Shown one piece after another: positions 1-8,023 of a stretch of DNA of 32,000 nt (position 1 is its first letter; each line of letters starts with the position of its first letter). Made by a program: the position numbers and the translations under genes. Under the pieces are notes generated by a model that had not been told where the DNA came from, did no database searches, and was given only the letters and a program-made list of their open reading frames with translations. The DNA is from Candidatus Kuenenia stuttgartensis (lineage in GTDB: Bacteria > Planctomycetota > Brocadiia > Brocadiales > Brocadiaceae): NCBI RefSeq assembly GCF_900232105.1, contig NZ_LT934425.1, forward strand, positions 720,001 to 752,000, in the 5' to 3' direction.

Positions 1-317
1 TTAAAGAATATGTTCATTTCTGTGTCAATAGGAACACCGTTTTCCCTTGCAATTTGTATGAATTTTGAATCCCCGGGAACAGCAGGGCTGACGATGACCA
101 TATCAGTATTGATAAAATCTACATCTCTGTGTTCGCCCAGCCGGTAAGTAATCTGCAGATTTTCAAGATGCCGCAGGGATTGTGAAAGATCTGTTTTACT
201 CTTTATATCCGTTACCGTGACATGCGCCCCCTGCCTTGCAAGAAATTGTGTTATGCCAATGCCACCCCCAAATACACCGAGTCCCATAACGGTAACTCTT
301 TTATTTTTAAATTCCAT
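1..317 (-). CDS. murD: UDP-N-acetylmuramoylalanine--D-glutamate ligase, N-terminal part (gene runs off the left edge)
   Basis: Absent from the ORF track because it is truncated. Own translation from ATG at 315-317: MEFKNKRVTVMGLGVFGGGIGITQFLARQGAHVTVTDIKS...DMVIVSPAVPGDSKFIQIARENGVPIDTEMNIFF. The GxGxxG Rossmann start and SPxxP motif are typical of the MurD N-domain. Confidence 0.55.
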   Translation of the reverse strand, partial: MEFKNKRVTVMGLGVFGGGIGITQFLARQGAHVTVTDIKSKTDLSQSLRHLENLQITYRLGEHRDVDFINTDMVIVSPAVPGDSKFIQIARENGVPIDTEMNIFF

Positions 318-364
318 ATACATTTCACTTGTTTTGTTTATTTCACTCAAAATTAAAAGGAGAA

Positions 365-405
365 ATCGTAACACTTTAGTTTTTTGAAAAATTCCAATAA
401 TAGCG
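365..405. repeat. Solo copy of the dispersed terminal-repeat motif ATCGTAACACTTTAGTTTTTTGAAAAATTCCAATAATAGCG
   Basis: Same sequence as 16811-16837. It is the reverse complement of 5544-5581 and 17003-29. Only a weak partner lies nearby (TTTTTCAAAAG near 488-498). Confidence 0.6.
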
Positions 406-578
406 CTGTTTTCCGCACAATGTAGGGACGATGGATTATGGATTACGGACTACGGACATCCTTCGTCTTTCGTCTCTAGCTCTTACGTTTTTCAAAAGAC
501 GCAATTTAAATGATTTTTTTGCGATGCTTTTAACACTCCAACAGGCAGCGTAATGTCTGAATATAACCATTCAATGAT

Positions 579-1157
579 TTATTTGCAATAGTGGTGAAGC
601 CGAAAACAATTGAATGCCTCTATTCCAACTTCTTTTTTTAATCCCGCCAAAATATCTTTCAGGATATCAGGCCCTGATGCATTGCCCCAGAAAATCTTGC
701 TCTGTTTGGGAAATCCCTCTTCATCAACGGTAAGGGATAGCGTAATTAACGGACAATCATTACGACTCTCTTTTGCTACCCTCAAAATAGGTATTTGTTA
801 AATCATATAAAATCACCATCTCTTTGAGGGAAAAATATCTCTCGCGCCCGCTTTGATAACCCTTGCTCTATGGCAACATGATTCTCCCACAGCAAAACTG
901 CCGCGCGATGCAGCGCTTTATCATACAGTTTAACCCCGGAGTCTAACAGCTCTACCACCCCCGCTTGTTTCAGAAAGCCATCGCACGGTATCACGCTCGC
1001 TGCCAGGATGAACCATTCTCCCCACAATGAGCGTCTTGGAACAGGCAATTAGATCCTCTGTAAAATCAAGCCCTTGTAATATTTTATCAAACCCGTATTC
1101 ATTCATTTGGCTTATAGCCATATGCTCGGAGAAGGTAAAGATGTCTCCAAAAAGCAA
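579..1157 (-). pseudogene. Degraded IS1634-family transposase remnant (N-terminal ~200 aa spread over three reading frames)
   Basis: Fragments LIVGRMVHPGSERDTVRWLSETS, LYDKALHRAAVLLWENHVAIEQGL, ILYDLTNTYFEGSK (third frame, own translation) and AKESRNDCPLITLSLTVDEEGFPKQSKIFWGNASGPDIL follow the same motif order as the N-terminal ORF at 28156-28965. Several frameshifts are present and the C-terminal half is missing. Confidence 0.6.
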
Positions 1158-1214
1158 TCAATTCCCCGCTCAATTTAAGAAAAAAATCGCCGCTTAATTT
1201 TTAACAAAGTAATG
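1149..1214 (+). mobile_element. Solo-end remnant of the IS701/IS4-like IS found intact at 2067-3535
   Basis: The reverse complement of 1166-1214 matches 2067-2115 at 48 of 49 positions, including the 15-bp terminal repeat and the transposase stop region. 1149-1165 matches an internal IS segment about 75 bp further in, which implies an internal deletion. Confidence 0.8.
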
Positions 1215-1228
1215 TTTTAAAAAGAGAA

Positions 1229-1256
1229 TTGACAAAGTTACAGCAAAAAATATAAT
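1229..1256 (+). promoter_or_regulatory. Sigma70-type promoter of lexA (TTGACA, 16-bp spacer, TATAAT)
   Basis: TTGACA at 1229-1234 and TATAAT at 1251-1256. The ATG at 1266 is only 9 nt after the -10 box and has no Shine-Dalgarno, which implies a leaderless or near-leaderless mRNA. Confidence 0.55.
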
Positions 1257-1265
1257 GGTAAACAT

Positions 1266-1916
1266 ATGTCCACCAATGAAGAAAAATTAACGGATACTAT
1301 TTTAACCAAAAAACAGGCGGATTTTCTAGCCTTTTTAAAAGCATCTCTTCAGGAAAAAGGGTATCCACCTACGGTACGCGAGATTATGCGCGGGATGGAT
1401 CTTTCCAGCACCAATATCGTCAAAAAGTATCTTGACATCCTTGCCCGTAAAGGACACATCAAAAAACAATACAACAGTCCCAGGGCTATTGAAATTATAG
1501 AAGCCCCGGCCGGACATGCAGAAACGAATCTCATCCCCATTGTTGGAAGTGTCAAAGCAGGCGCTCCTCATCCGGCAATAGAAGATATTATGGGATATCT
1601 TGCAGTAGATAAAACAATCTGCCGTACCGGAGACGCATTTTTTTTGCGGGTTGAGGGAGACAGCATGATTAATGCTCATATACAGGAAGGCGACCTCGTA
1701 CTGGTGAGGCCGCAACCGGTTGCCAATAACAGGGAAATTGTGGTTGCCCTCATAAATGGTGAGGCCACGGTCAAAAGATTCTACAAGAAGGGAAATACGC
1801 TGGAATTGCACCCGGAACACCCAATGATGAAACCCATTGTGCTCCAGGGAGAACAAGATGAGGTTCGCATCATTGGCAAGGTTACTGCGGTGGTGCGGTT
1901 GTTAGAGAAGTTATAA
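1266..1916 (+). CDS. lexA: LexA repressor (winged-helix DNA-binding domain plus S24 autopeptidase)
   Basis: 216 aa. N-terminal KGYPPTVREI...SSTNIVKKYLDILARKGHIKK, a VKAGAP cleavage-site region, and RVEGDSMINAHIQEGDLVLVR...NGEATVKRF carrying the Ser/Lys dyad motifs. Confidence 0.9.
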   Translation: MSTNEEKLTDTILTKKQADFLAFLKASLQEKGYPPTVREIMRGMDLSSTNIVKKYLDILARKGHIKKQYNSPRAIEIIEAPAGHAETNLIPIVGSVKAGAPHPAIEDIMGYLAVDKTICRTGDAFFLRVEGDSMINAHIQEGDLVLVRPQPVANNREIVVALINGEATVKRFYKKGNTLELHPEHPMMKPIVLQGEQDEVRIIGKVTAVVRLLEKL

Positions 1917-1941
1917 CAGTGATTTCCGGGGGGATGACGGT

Positions 1942-2066
1942 ATGATTACTGAAGTTCATGAAGCGATCAAAGTAGGGGCGATTTTTGGTGATAACAAAAA
2001 AAAACTCAAACCCGTTTGGTTTATTTGGAACGGCACAAAATATACTATCCGGGAAATTACTTACAT
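1942..2066 (+). pseudogene. 5' part of a small lexA-adjacent ORF interrupted by the IS (MITEVHEAIKVGAIFGDNKKKLKPVWFIWNGTKYTIREITY...)
   Basis: ATG at 1942 preceded by a G-rich RBS-like run. The frame continues exactly across the IS once the IS and one TTACAT copy are removed. Confidence 0.5.
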
Positions 2067-3535
2067 CATTACTTTGTTAAAAATTAAGCGGCGATTTTTT
2101 TCTTAAATCGAGCGGATTTAATTTTAAAATATTCTTGTGAGAGTTTTTCGTTCTTTGATAAAGCGTTTGTTGATGAGAATTCAAGCAGGGAATTGATTGC
2201 TTTTTTGAATTCATTAAAGGTAGAAGGTTTTGTTTCCATGATTTTATCCAGATAAGCGTTTTGTTTTATCCAGTAAACGAATGTCCATGAGATCAGACAA
2301 ATATTCCAATATCGCTCAATCTTGTCAATGTGCCTTACCTGATAATGATCGAAATAAAAAGTATCCTTCAATTCCTTGAAACAGTGTTCAATACCCCAAC
2401 GCAACAGATAGTTTGTGATAACCGTTTTTACAGAGGCGTCGAGTTGATTGGTGATAAGGACATGATATTTTTTATCATCTTCCTTGTTCCATTTTCCCAA
2501 AATTACCACAAACTTCAACGGGACATTGCAACCATTCAGTTTGGCGTCAAACGTGTAGGTTTTATAGGAAACTTCACTTCCATCCGCGGATTTTAAAGTA
2601 ACATACTTGGTTTTGTCGGCATAATGCTTTTTGATGAGGGTCACGAGCTCATCTGGTTTGATTATGCAATATTTTTGTTTTTCCGGATGGTACATGGAGA
2701 TATTTCTGTTTGATTTTATTTCTGAAAAAAAGTGTTTCTTTTTTGCGTGAATATGTTCGAGAAACCGTTGAGAGGCATACCATGTGTCGAAGGCAATAGC
2801 TGAAAAATCAAAGACGTTAGAAGCAGCATCAAACATATCCATTGCTATTTGTATTTTGTCTTTAAATTTGGGATCATTTTTCCCTTCCCCGAACTCATCG
2901 GCAGGAAGGTAGGGAATAACATCCAGGGGAAAATGTTTTGTTTTTGAGACAAATGCCGCGCCAACAACAACATTGCAGGTTTCCGGCCTTTTAAGCGGAC
3001 CGCAATATTGCCATTTGGCTGCCTCTGTATTTTTAGCATAGGGCTTTGGACATCCGGTATCATCTATGGTAAGGATGCTGTCTTTTGTCAATGCCGTGGT
3101 TCTTTGTTTTTGGATAATGTCCATTCTTTTCTGCTTTAATGCGGGTAAATCCCATTTGGATTCAGAAAAGAAGTATTGAAATTTCTGGTAATCCGTATGA
3201 ACGGCTTGCGCCATGGCCTCCAGTGAATTTCTTTTATAGTCTTTAAACATTGCGTAGACAACAAGTAGAAACATTGCAAATTGTTTTTTAGTAAAACACG
3301 ATGCAAAATGTTCAAGAAATTTATTTAATAACGGTATGTTTGTTCTGAAAATACTCAAATCCTTTGCTCCGGTAATTGATTGTGTAAAAAATTTACAAGT
3401 GCAATTAATACCGGAAGTAACGAGCAAAATCAAGAGTAAATATTTATCGCAAAGCATTGCTAAATCATAAGTTGTGGCCGACTCGACTTACGACTTAAAA
3501 ATATTTTTTCAGACGCTTTCTTTAACAAAGTAATG
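2067..3535 (-). mobile_element. Intact IS701/IS4-like insertion sequence (1469 bp)
   Basis: Perfect 15-bp TIR: CATTACTTTGTTAAA at 2067-2081 and TTTAACAAAGTAATG at 3521-3535. It is flanked by direct TTACAT (2061-2066 and 3536-3541) and contains a single transposase ORF. Confidence 0.9.
2084..3457 (-). CDS. DDE transposase, IS701/IS4 type
   Basis: 457 aa. Motifs LTIDDTGCPK...KWQYCGPLKRPETCNVVVGA, IAFDTWYAS and YLLRWGIEHCFKELKD correspond to the D, D and E(YREK-like) regions. Confidence 0.85.
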   Translation of the reverse strand: MLCDKYLLLILLVTSGINCTCKFFTQSITGAKDLSIFRTNIPLLNKFLEHFASCFTKKQFAMFLLVVYAMFKDYKRNSLEAMAQAVHTDYQKFQYFFSESKWDLPALKQKRMDIIQKQRTTALTKDSILTIDDTGCPKPYAKNTEAAKWQYCGPLKRPETCNVVVGAAFVSKTKHFPLDVIPYLPADEFGEGKNDPKFKDKIQIAMDMFDAASNVFDFSAIAFDTWYASQRFLEHIHAKKKHFFSEIKSNRNISMYHPEKQKYCIIKPDELVTLIKKHYADKTKYVTLKSADGSEVSYKTYTFDAKLNGCNVPLKFVVILGKWNKEDDKKYHVLITNQLDASVKTVITNYLLRWGIEHCFKELKDTFYFDHYQVRHIDKIERYWNICLISWTFVYWIKQNAYLDKIMETKPSTFNEFKKAINSLLEFSSTNALSKNEKLSQEYFKIKSARFKKKIAA

Positions 3536-3541
3536 TTACAT

Positions 3542-3593
3542 CTGGAAGGAAAGGGTTGGAAAAACGGTGATACACTACTTTACGGTTACCTAA
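3542..3593 (+). pseudogene. 3' part of the IS-interrupted small ORF (...WKERVGKTVIHYFTVT*)
   Basis: In frame with 1942-2066 after IS removal. TAA at 3591-3593. The reconstructed product is 58 aa. Confidence 0.5.
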
Positions 3594-3817
3594 GGTGCCA
3601 ATTTTTTTCCATCTCCTATAACACTTATACCCTGCTATGGACACTCCATTCCATTTATACCTAAATTGGATAAGAAAGTTAATAACTATGTAATACCTCT
3701 TCCCGAATTCCGAAAGCGTCGAATATAACCTTCTGTTTTTTTGATAATTCGCTCAGGAACGGTTTGTTTTGATTTATTTGTATAATTTTTAATTTTTTGC
3801 GTTCTGCAAATAATTCC

Positions 3818-4217
3818 TTATGTGCGTGATACCGCTTTTCGTGAAGATCATTCTCAAATACGCACAAAAAATGCCCAAGGGCAATGGCTTCTTTGAGGAA
3901 TCTTGTGGTTGGGCTTTTTCATTTTCTCCATGTAACAAATATTGCAAAGATGCTCAGAAATTTTGCGGCAAGACCTTTTCTTGCACTTCAAATGCTTCGC
4001 TGGTAATGTCGAGAACAAAAAAAAACACTTTATTTTTTACTCTCTCTCTCTTTCTTTCATTACTACAGGGATACTCCCGCTCCATTTTGCTTGTTTTGCT
4101 TATTTTTACTCATTTAAATGAGAACCCTATCGTTTTTTACTTTCTTTTCCACTTATTGACGGGAGCTTTTGGCACAAATTCTTGATCCGCGTCTTTCGTA
4201 GGGTGACTTTGACGTTG
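3818..4217 (+). mobile_element. ISAs1-like IS remnant, copy A (3' ~400 bp only; transposase C-terminus frameshifted)
   Basis: Encodes YVRDTAFREDHSQIRTKNA then loses frame (one C missing relative to copy B). By eye about nine in ten bases are identical to the reverse complement of 8843-9236. Homology stops at GACGTTG (4211-4217). Confidence 0.8.
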
Positions 4218-4355
4218 TCGTGCCCCGCAAGAGGTTCTCCTTGACACCAAAAACTTCCCTTGTTAAACTTCTTCCGGGATTTCCGATTTGCAATAGCGTG
4301 CAGTAAGAAAACATATTGTACTCATTAATAAACTTATTCGTATATTAAAATACCA

Positions 4356-4805
4356 ATGGGGAAAATTTTAGCTGTCTGCGTAAGCGAAAGAAAAGGTATC
4401 CAGAAACGAAATATAGGCAAATGCATGGCAATTAAACATTATGGCCTAGAGGGAGATGCCCATGCAGGAAAATGGCACCGCCAGGTGAGTCTGCTTGCAA
4501 CGGAAAGCGCCGACGTGATGCGTAGTAAAGGCTTAGAGATAAAAGACGGCGATTTTGGAGAAAATATTGTCACCAGTGGCATAGAACTAAAATCGCTTCC
4601 TGTTGGAACTACGCTGAAAATCGGAAATGATATTATCATAAAGATAACCCAAATCGGCAAATTATGCCATGACCGCTGCGCCATTTATTACAAGGCAGGC
4701 GACTGTATCATGCCGCGAGAAGGGATTTTTGCAGAAATCCTTAGCAGCGGAATGATTAAAGCCGGAGATGAAATTTTAATACATGAATATCCCTCTGGGG
4801 TGTAA
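4356..4805 (+). CDS. MOSC domain protein
   Basis: 149 aa. GLEGDAHAG...RQVSLL...GDFGENIVTSG...L.VG..L.IG motifs. Lies immediately upstream of mog/moaB. Confidence 0.75.
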   Translation: MGKILAVCVSERKGIQKRNIGKCMAIKHYGLEGDAHAGKWHRQVSLLATESADVMRSKGLEIKDGDFGENIVTSGIELKSLPVGTTLKIGNDIIIKITQIGKLCHDRCAIYYKAGDCIMPREGIFAEILSSGMIKAGDEILIHEYPSGV

Positions 4806-4808
4806 ACT

Positions 4809-5315
4809 ATGATTCGCACCGCAATAGTAACATTGAGCGATAAAGGGTCAAAAGGGGAGCGCGAAGACAAAAGCGGAGAGATTATCCGTACGATGCTCCA
4901 ACAAATCAATACATCCATTGTCGCATACGAAATAATCCCCGATGAAAAAGACCTCATTATCAAAAAACTTCGTGAATTCTCCAAACTATCCGATCTTATC
5001 ATCACAACCGGAGGTACCGGAGTTGGCCCTCGCGATATCACGCCTGAGGCAACAAGGGCAGTGATAGAAAAAGAATTGCCTGGCTTCGGAGAAGCAATGC
5101 GTATGGAAGGGATGAAGCACACACCAAGGGCAATGGGTTCCAGGGCGGTGGCAGGGATATATCGGCAAACCCTTATCATAAACCTTCCTGGAAGCCCAAA
5201 AGGCGTTGCGGAAAACCTCTCCGTCGTTCTGCCGGTTATTCCTCATACCATAAACCTTATCAAAGGCACGGTGACAGATTGCGCCAAAGACCGGGAGCAA
5301 CACCCTCACAGGTAG
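4809..5315 (+). CDS. mog: Molybdenum cofactor biosynthesis protein MogA/MoaB family (molybdopterin adenylyltransferase-like)
   Basis: 168 aa. TLSDKGSKGEREDKSG...ITTGGTGVGPRDITPEAT...LPGFGEAMR...INLPGSPKG. Confidence 0.85.
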   Translation: MIRTAIVTLSDKGSKGEREDKSGEIIRTMLQQINTSIVAYEIIPDEKDLIIKKLREFSKLSDLIITTGGTGVGPRDITPEATRAVIEKELPGFGEAMRMEGMKHTPRAMGSRAVAGIYRQTLIINLPGSPKGVAENLSVVLPVIPHTINLIKGTVTDCAKDREQHPHR

Positions 5316-5433
5316 CCACCCGAAAATGCAGACAAATGAATGTCTCTCTTCTTCAAAACTGCATCAAAAACAATGACATCGCCTCCCAACAAACAGCACA
5401 GACGCACCATCAAGTCGTGATCTCCATAAAAGT

Positions 5434-5581
5434 ATCAACTTAGTTTTTTGAAAAAGTATGGGCGAAGCATTTGCCCGTTTGGGTATGAATTTATCTATGA
5501 CAATTTATAGCAAATGCTTCGCCCATACACATGCGGCAAACATCGCTATTATTGGAATTTTTTAAAAAACTAAAATGTTAC
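5434..5581. repeat. MITE-like element: outer TIRs of the TTAGTTTTTTGAAAAA family enclosing a perfect 19-bp inner inverted repeat
   Basis: Left ATCAACTTAGTTTTTTGAAAAA (5434-5455). Right CGCTATTATTGGAATTTTTTAAAAAACTAAAATGTTAC (5544-5581). Inner GTATGGGCGAAGCATTTGC (5456-5474) pairs with GCAAATGCTTCGCCCATAC (5510-5528). Confidence 0.65.
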
Positions 5582-5625
5582 CAAACGATAAATTTTGGAT
5601 TATAGGTCAAAATTTGTTATAAAAC

Positions 5626-5663
5626 AAAAAAGCCATAAGAGTTTGGTTTCTTATGGCTTTTTC
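5626..5663. terminator. Bidirectional intrinsic terminator between mog (+) and tRNA-Glu (-)
   Basis: 11-bp stem AAGCCATAAGA (5630-5640) pairing with TCTTATGGCTT (5649-5659). An A-run lies on the left and a T-run on the right. Confidence 0.7.
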
Positions 5664-5673
5664 AAATCATATA

Positions 5674-5748
5674 TGACCCCATGGGGATTTGAACCCCAGT
5701 TCACAGATCGAAAATCTGTTGTCCTAGACCAGACTAGACGATGGGGCC
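5674..5748 (-). tRNA. tRNA-Glu (anticodon UUC)
   Basis: Reverse complement GGCCCCATCGTCTAGTCTGGTCTAGGACAACAGATTTTCGATCTGTGAACTGGGGTTCAAATCCCCATGGGGTCA folds as a cloverleaf. Anticodon loop is TTTTCGA. CCA is not encoded. Confidence 0.9.
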
Positions 5749-5767
5749 ATTTATGCACAATAGTAAA

Positions 5768-5840
5768 TGAGGGCAGATGGACTCGAACCATCGACACCCG
5801 CCTTAAAAGGGCGGTGCTCTACCGACTGAGCTATGCCCCC
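5768..5840 (-). tRNA. tRNA-Lys (anticodon UUU)
   Basis: Reverse complement GGGGGCATAGCTCAGTCGGTAGAGCACCGCCCTTTTAAGGCGGGTGTCGATGGTTCGAGTCCATCTGCCCTCA. Anticodon stem CCGCC/GGCGG, loop CTTTTAA. Confidence 0.9.
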
Positions 5841-5926
5841 ATTATACAGAAATGTATGAATATTGCACGCAGAAAATAAAATTACAAAGGGAAAAAACAT
5901 CGATAATATACGTTTCAACGGTACGT

Positions 5927-6487
5927 TTATACCTTGAGTATTTCTTCAGTCTTTCTTTTGATTAAATCATTTACCTTAGTTTCAAAGTCTTTGATAATTT
6001 TTTGAATTTCATCCTTGGCGCGCTTAACATCGTCTTCTGTTAAAATATTTTCTTTCTTTTCTTTATCCGCTTGTTTATTTGAATCCTGCCGTATATTACG
6101 CAAAGAAACCTTTGTTGATTCCCCAAAATCTTTTACGGTTACGGAAAGTTTTTTTCTCCTCTCCTCATTAAGCGGAGGAATAACGATGCGCAGGGTTTTA
6201 GCTTCAACAGAAGGGTTCAGGCCGATGTCTGATTGAATGATTGCCTTTTCGATATTAGATACTATAGTAGTATCGTAAGGTTTTATCAAGATTGACTGTG
6301 CATCAGGTGTGGAAATCACTGCAAGTTGCTTTAAGGGTGAAGGGTTCCCGTAGTATTCAACCCGTATATTTTCGACCAGACCAGTGCTTGCCCTACCGGT
6401 TCTTATTCCCTTCAAATCATCTTGCAAATGAGCGATAACCTTTTCCATTTTTGCCTTTGTTTCTTTGCAAATCGAATCTATTGACAT
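5927..6487 (-). CDS. frr: Ribosome recycling factor
   Basis: 186 aa. LKGIRTGRAS..LVENIRVEYYG...LNEERRKKL; last gene of the rpsB-tsf-pyrH-frr block. Confidence 0.92.
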   Translation of the reverse strand: MSIDSICKETKAKMEKVIAHLQDDLKGIRTGRASTGLVENIRVEYYGNPSPLKQLAVISTPDAQSILIKPYDTTIVSNIEKAIIQSDIGLNPSVEAKTLRIVIPPLNEERRKKLSVTVKDFGESTKVSLRNIRQDSNKQADKEKKENILTEDDVKRAKDEIQKIIKDFETKVNDLIKRKTEEILKV

Positions 6488-6492
6488 ATCGG

Positions 6493-7236
6493 TTAATTTC
6501 CTATAAAAGTACCAACAGATTTCCCCAAAACAGCCTTTTCAATATTTCCTTTTTTATTCATGTTTAATACGATTATTGGCAATTTGTTTTCCATGCTCAA
6601 GGATACCGCAGTCATATCCATTACGCCTAATTGTCGGTTTAATACTTCGGCATAGGTCAGTTTGCTTAACAGCTTTGCGGATGGATTATTAGCTGGATCA
6701 TCTGTATACACGCCGTCAACTCTTGTGGCTTTAAGCATCACGTTGGCATTAATTTCTATCGCGCGTAAAGCAGCTGCAGTATCGGTTGTGAAATAGGGGT
6801 TTCCCGTTCCCCCCGCAAAAATAACAATATTTCTTTCTTCAAGATACCGTAAACAATTTCGTAAAATAAAAGGTTCTGTGATATTCTTAATTTCAATTGC
6901 GCTTATTACATGCGTTTTAATGTTGCACTCTTCCAGGGTGTCCTGCAAAAGCAATGCATTTAAGATGGTAGCAATCATCCCCGCCTGATCCGCTACAATT
7001 CTGGATTTTCCCGAAAGGCCAAATTTAGCGCCGCGCAACACGTTACCGCCGCCAACGACAAGCGCCGTTTCAGCACCGAGTGATAAAATCTTTTGTATCG
7101 TTTTGGCAAATGTTGCAAATTTTTCAGTATCGATGCCTTTTCCGTTTTCACCGCCAAAGCCTTCGCCGCTAACTTTCAATAAGATACGTTTATACTTTAT
7201 TTTCTTATTTTTCGGCATAATGATTGTGTGCGGCAA
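6493..7236 (-). CDS. pyrH: UMP kinase
   Basis: 247 aa. YKRILLKVSGE...VVGGGN..RG...GNPYFTTDTAAALRA.E...ATRVDGVYTDDP. Confidence 0.92.
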   Translation of the reverse strand: MPHTIIMPKNKKIKYKRILLKVSGEGFGGENGKGIDTEKFATFAKTIQKILSLGAETALVVGGGNVLRGAKFGLSGKSRIVADQAGMIATILNALLLQDTLEECNIKTHVISAIEIKNITEPFILRNCLRYLEERNIVIFAGGTGNPYFTTDTAAALRAIEINANVMLKATRVDGVYTDDPANNPSAKLLSKLTYAEVLNRQLGVMDMTAVSLSMENKLPIIVLNMNKKGNIEKAVLGKSVGTFIGN

Positions 7237-7249
7237 TCTAAACTGCTAG

Positions 7250-7837
7250 CTATTTCCCCCCTACTTCAAGCCTGGCAAAGCGATTAATTTTAATATTTTC
7301 ACCTATTTTTGCGATAATTGCAATTAATAAATCCTGAATAGTTTGTGAGTCATCTTTTATAAACGGTTGTTCCAGCAGGCATTTTTCCTTATAAAAATTT
7401 TCCAGCTTTCCTTTAACGATTTTTTCAGAAATATCAGATGGTTTTCCTTTGGTATCCTCTATAAAACCCCTTTTTTGTGTTTCCACAATTTCCGAAGAAA
7501 TATCTTCCCTTTTTATTGCGATTGGATTGGTTGCGGCAATTTGCATGCAAATATCTTTTAAAAACTGCTGAAAGACCTCGTTTCTTGCCACGAAATCTGT
7601 TTCACAATTCACCTCAACCATTACGCCTATTTTCCCGTTAGTATGAATGTAAGAACCTATTCTGCCTTCGGCAGTTGTTCTTTGTTCTTTCCTGGAAGCT
7701 TTTGCAAAACCTTTCTTTTTTATAATTTCCAGTGCTTTATCATAATCGTCATTTACTTCATCCAAGGCGTTTTTGCACTCTAATATTCCCGCACCTGTTT
7801 GTTCACGCAATTTCATAACACTCGCTTTATCTGCCAT
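7250..7837 (-). CDS. tsf: Translation elongation factor Ts (short form)
   Basis: 195 aa. VMKLREQTGAGILECKNAL...EGRIGSYIH.NGKIGVMVEVNCETDFVARN. Confidence 0.92.
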   Translation of the reverse strand: MADKASVMKLREQTGAGILECKNALDEVNDDYDKALEIIKKKGFAKASRKEQRTTAEGRIGSYIHTNGKIGVMVEVNCETDFVARNEVFQQFLKDICMQIAATNPIAIKREDISSEIVETQKRGFIEDTKGKPSDISEKIVKGKLENFYKEKCLLEQPFIKDDSQTIQDLLIAIIAKIGENIKINRFARLEVGGK

Positions 7838-7986
7838 CGGTATCCTCCAAAATAATATAGCTACGAACTGTCCTTGTTGCGAAGCCGGTAATCTTGTTAT
7901 TACAAATAATCAAGCGGAACATCTTGAGATGTGTATCTTTAAAGGCAGTTGTTAGATTGGCAATCCAAGGATATACAAACTCTGAA

Positions 7987-8018
7987 TTTTACGAAAAATG
8001 GAAGGATTTTCGTAAAAA
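7987..8018 (-). terminator. Candidate AT-rich hairpin (attenuator) between rpsB and tsf
   Basis: TTTACGAAAA and TTTTCGTAAA form a 10-bp stem around an 8-nt loop just downstream of the rpsB stop. The stem is weak (AT only). Confidence 0.3.
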
Positions 8019-8023
8019 CCTGA

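Noticed and set aside
1237-1265. Imperfect palindrome GTTAC..N16..GTAAAC overlapping the lexA -10 box as an SOS box.
   Set aside because: The half-sites are not true reverse complements, and the spacing matches no LexA motif I know. It is mentioned only as something to test once the clade motif is known.
1335-1856. Long antisense ORFs opposite well-supported genes. Examples: 1335-1856 opposite lexA, 4688-5179 opposite MOSC/mog, 10630-11031 opposite glnA, 15889-16266 opposite kdsD, 17570-18178 opposite the lpt-like gene, 20316-20960 opposite the HEAT repeats, 22099-22491 and 22765-23103 opposite cobA/hemD, 26116-26676 and 28269-28850 opposite transposase genes.
   Set aside because: These are shadow ORFs. 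They have low-complexity or odd composition and no recognisable motifs, and each overlaps a gene with strong family signatures on the other strand.
3679-3867. 62-aa minus-strand ORF (..NKPFLSELSKKQKVIFDAFGIREEVLHSY) as the C-terminal remnant of another transposase.
   Set aside because: It vaguely resembles the C-terminal tail of IS1634-type enzymes, but it is far too short and partly overlaps ISAs1 copy A. It cannot be supported.
4233-4355. Possible Moco riboswitch or promoter upstream of the MOSC-mog pair (TTGACA at 4241, TAAACT at 4264).
   Set aside because: The hexamers are plausible but the -10 is weak, and no Moco-riboswitch-like conserved structure was recognisable. There is too little evidence to list it as a feature.
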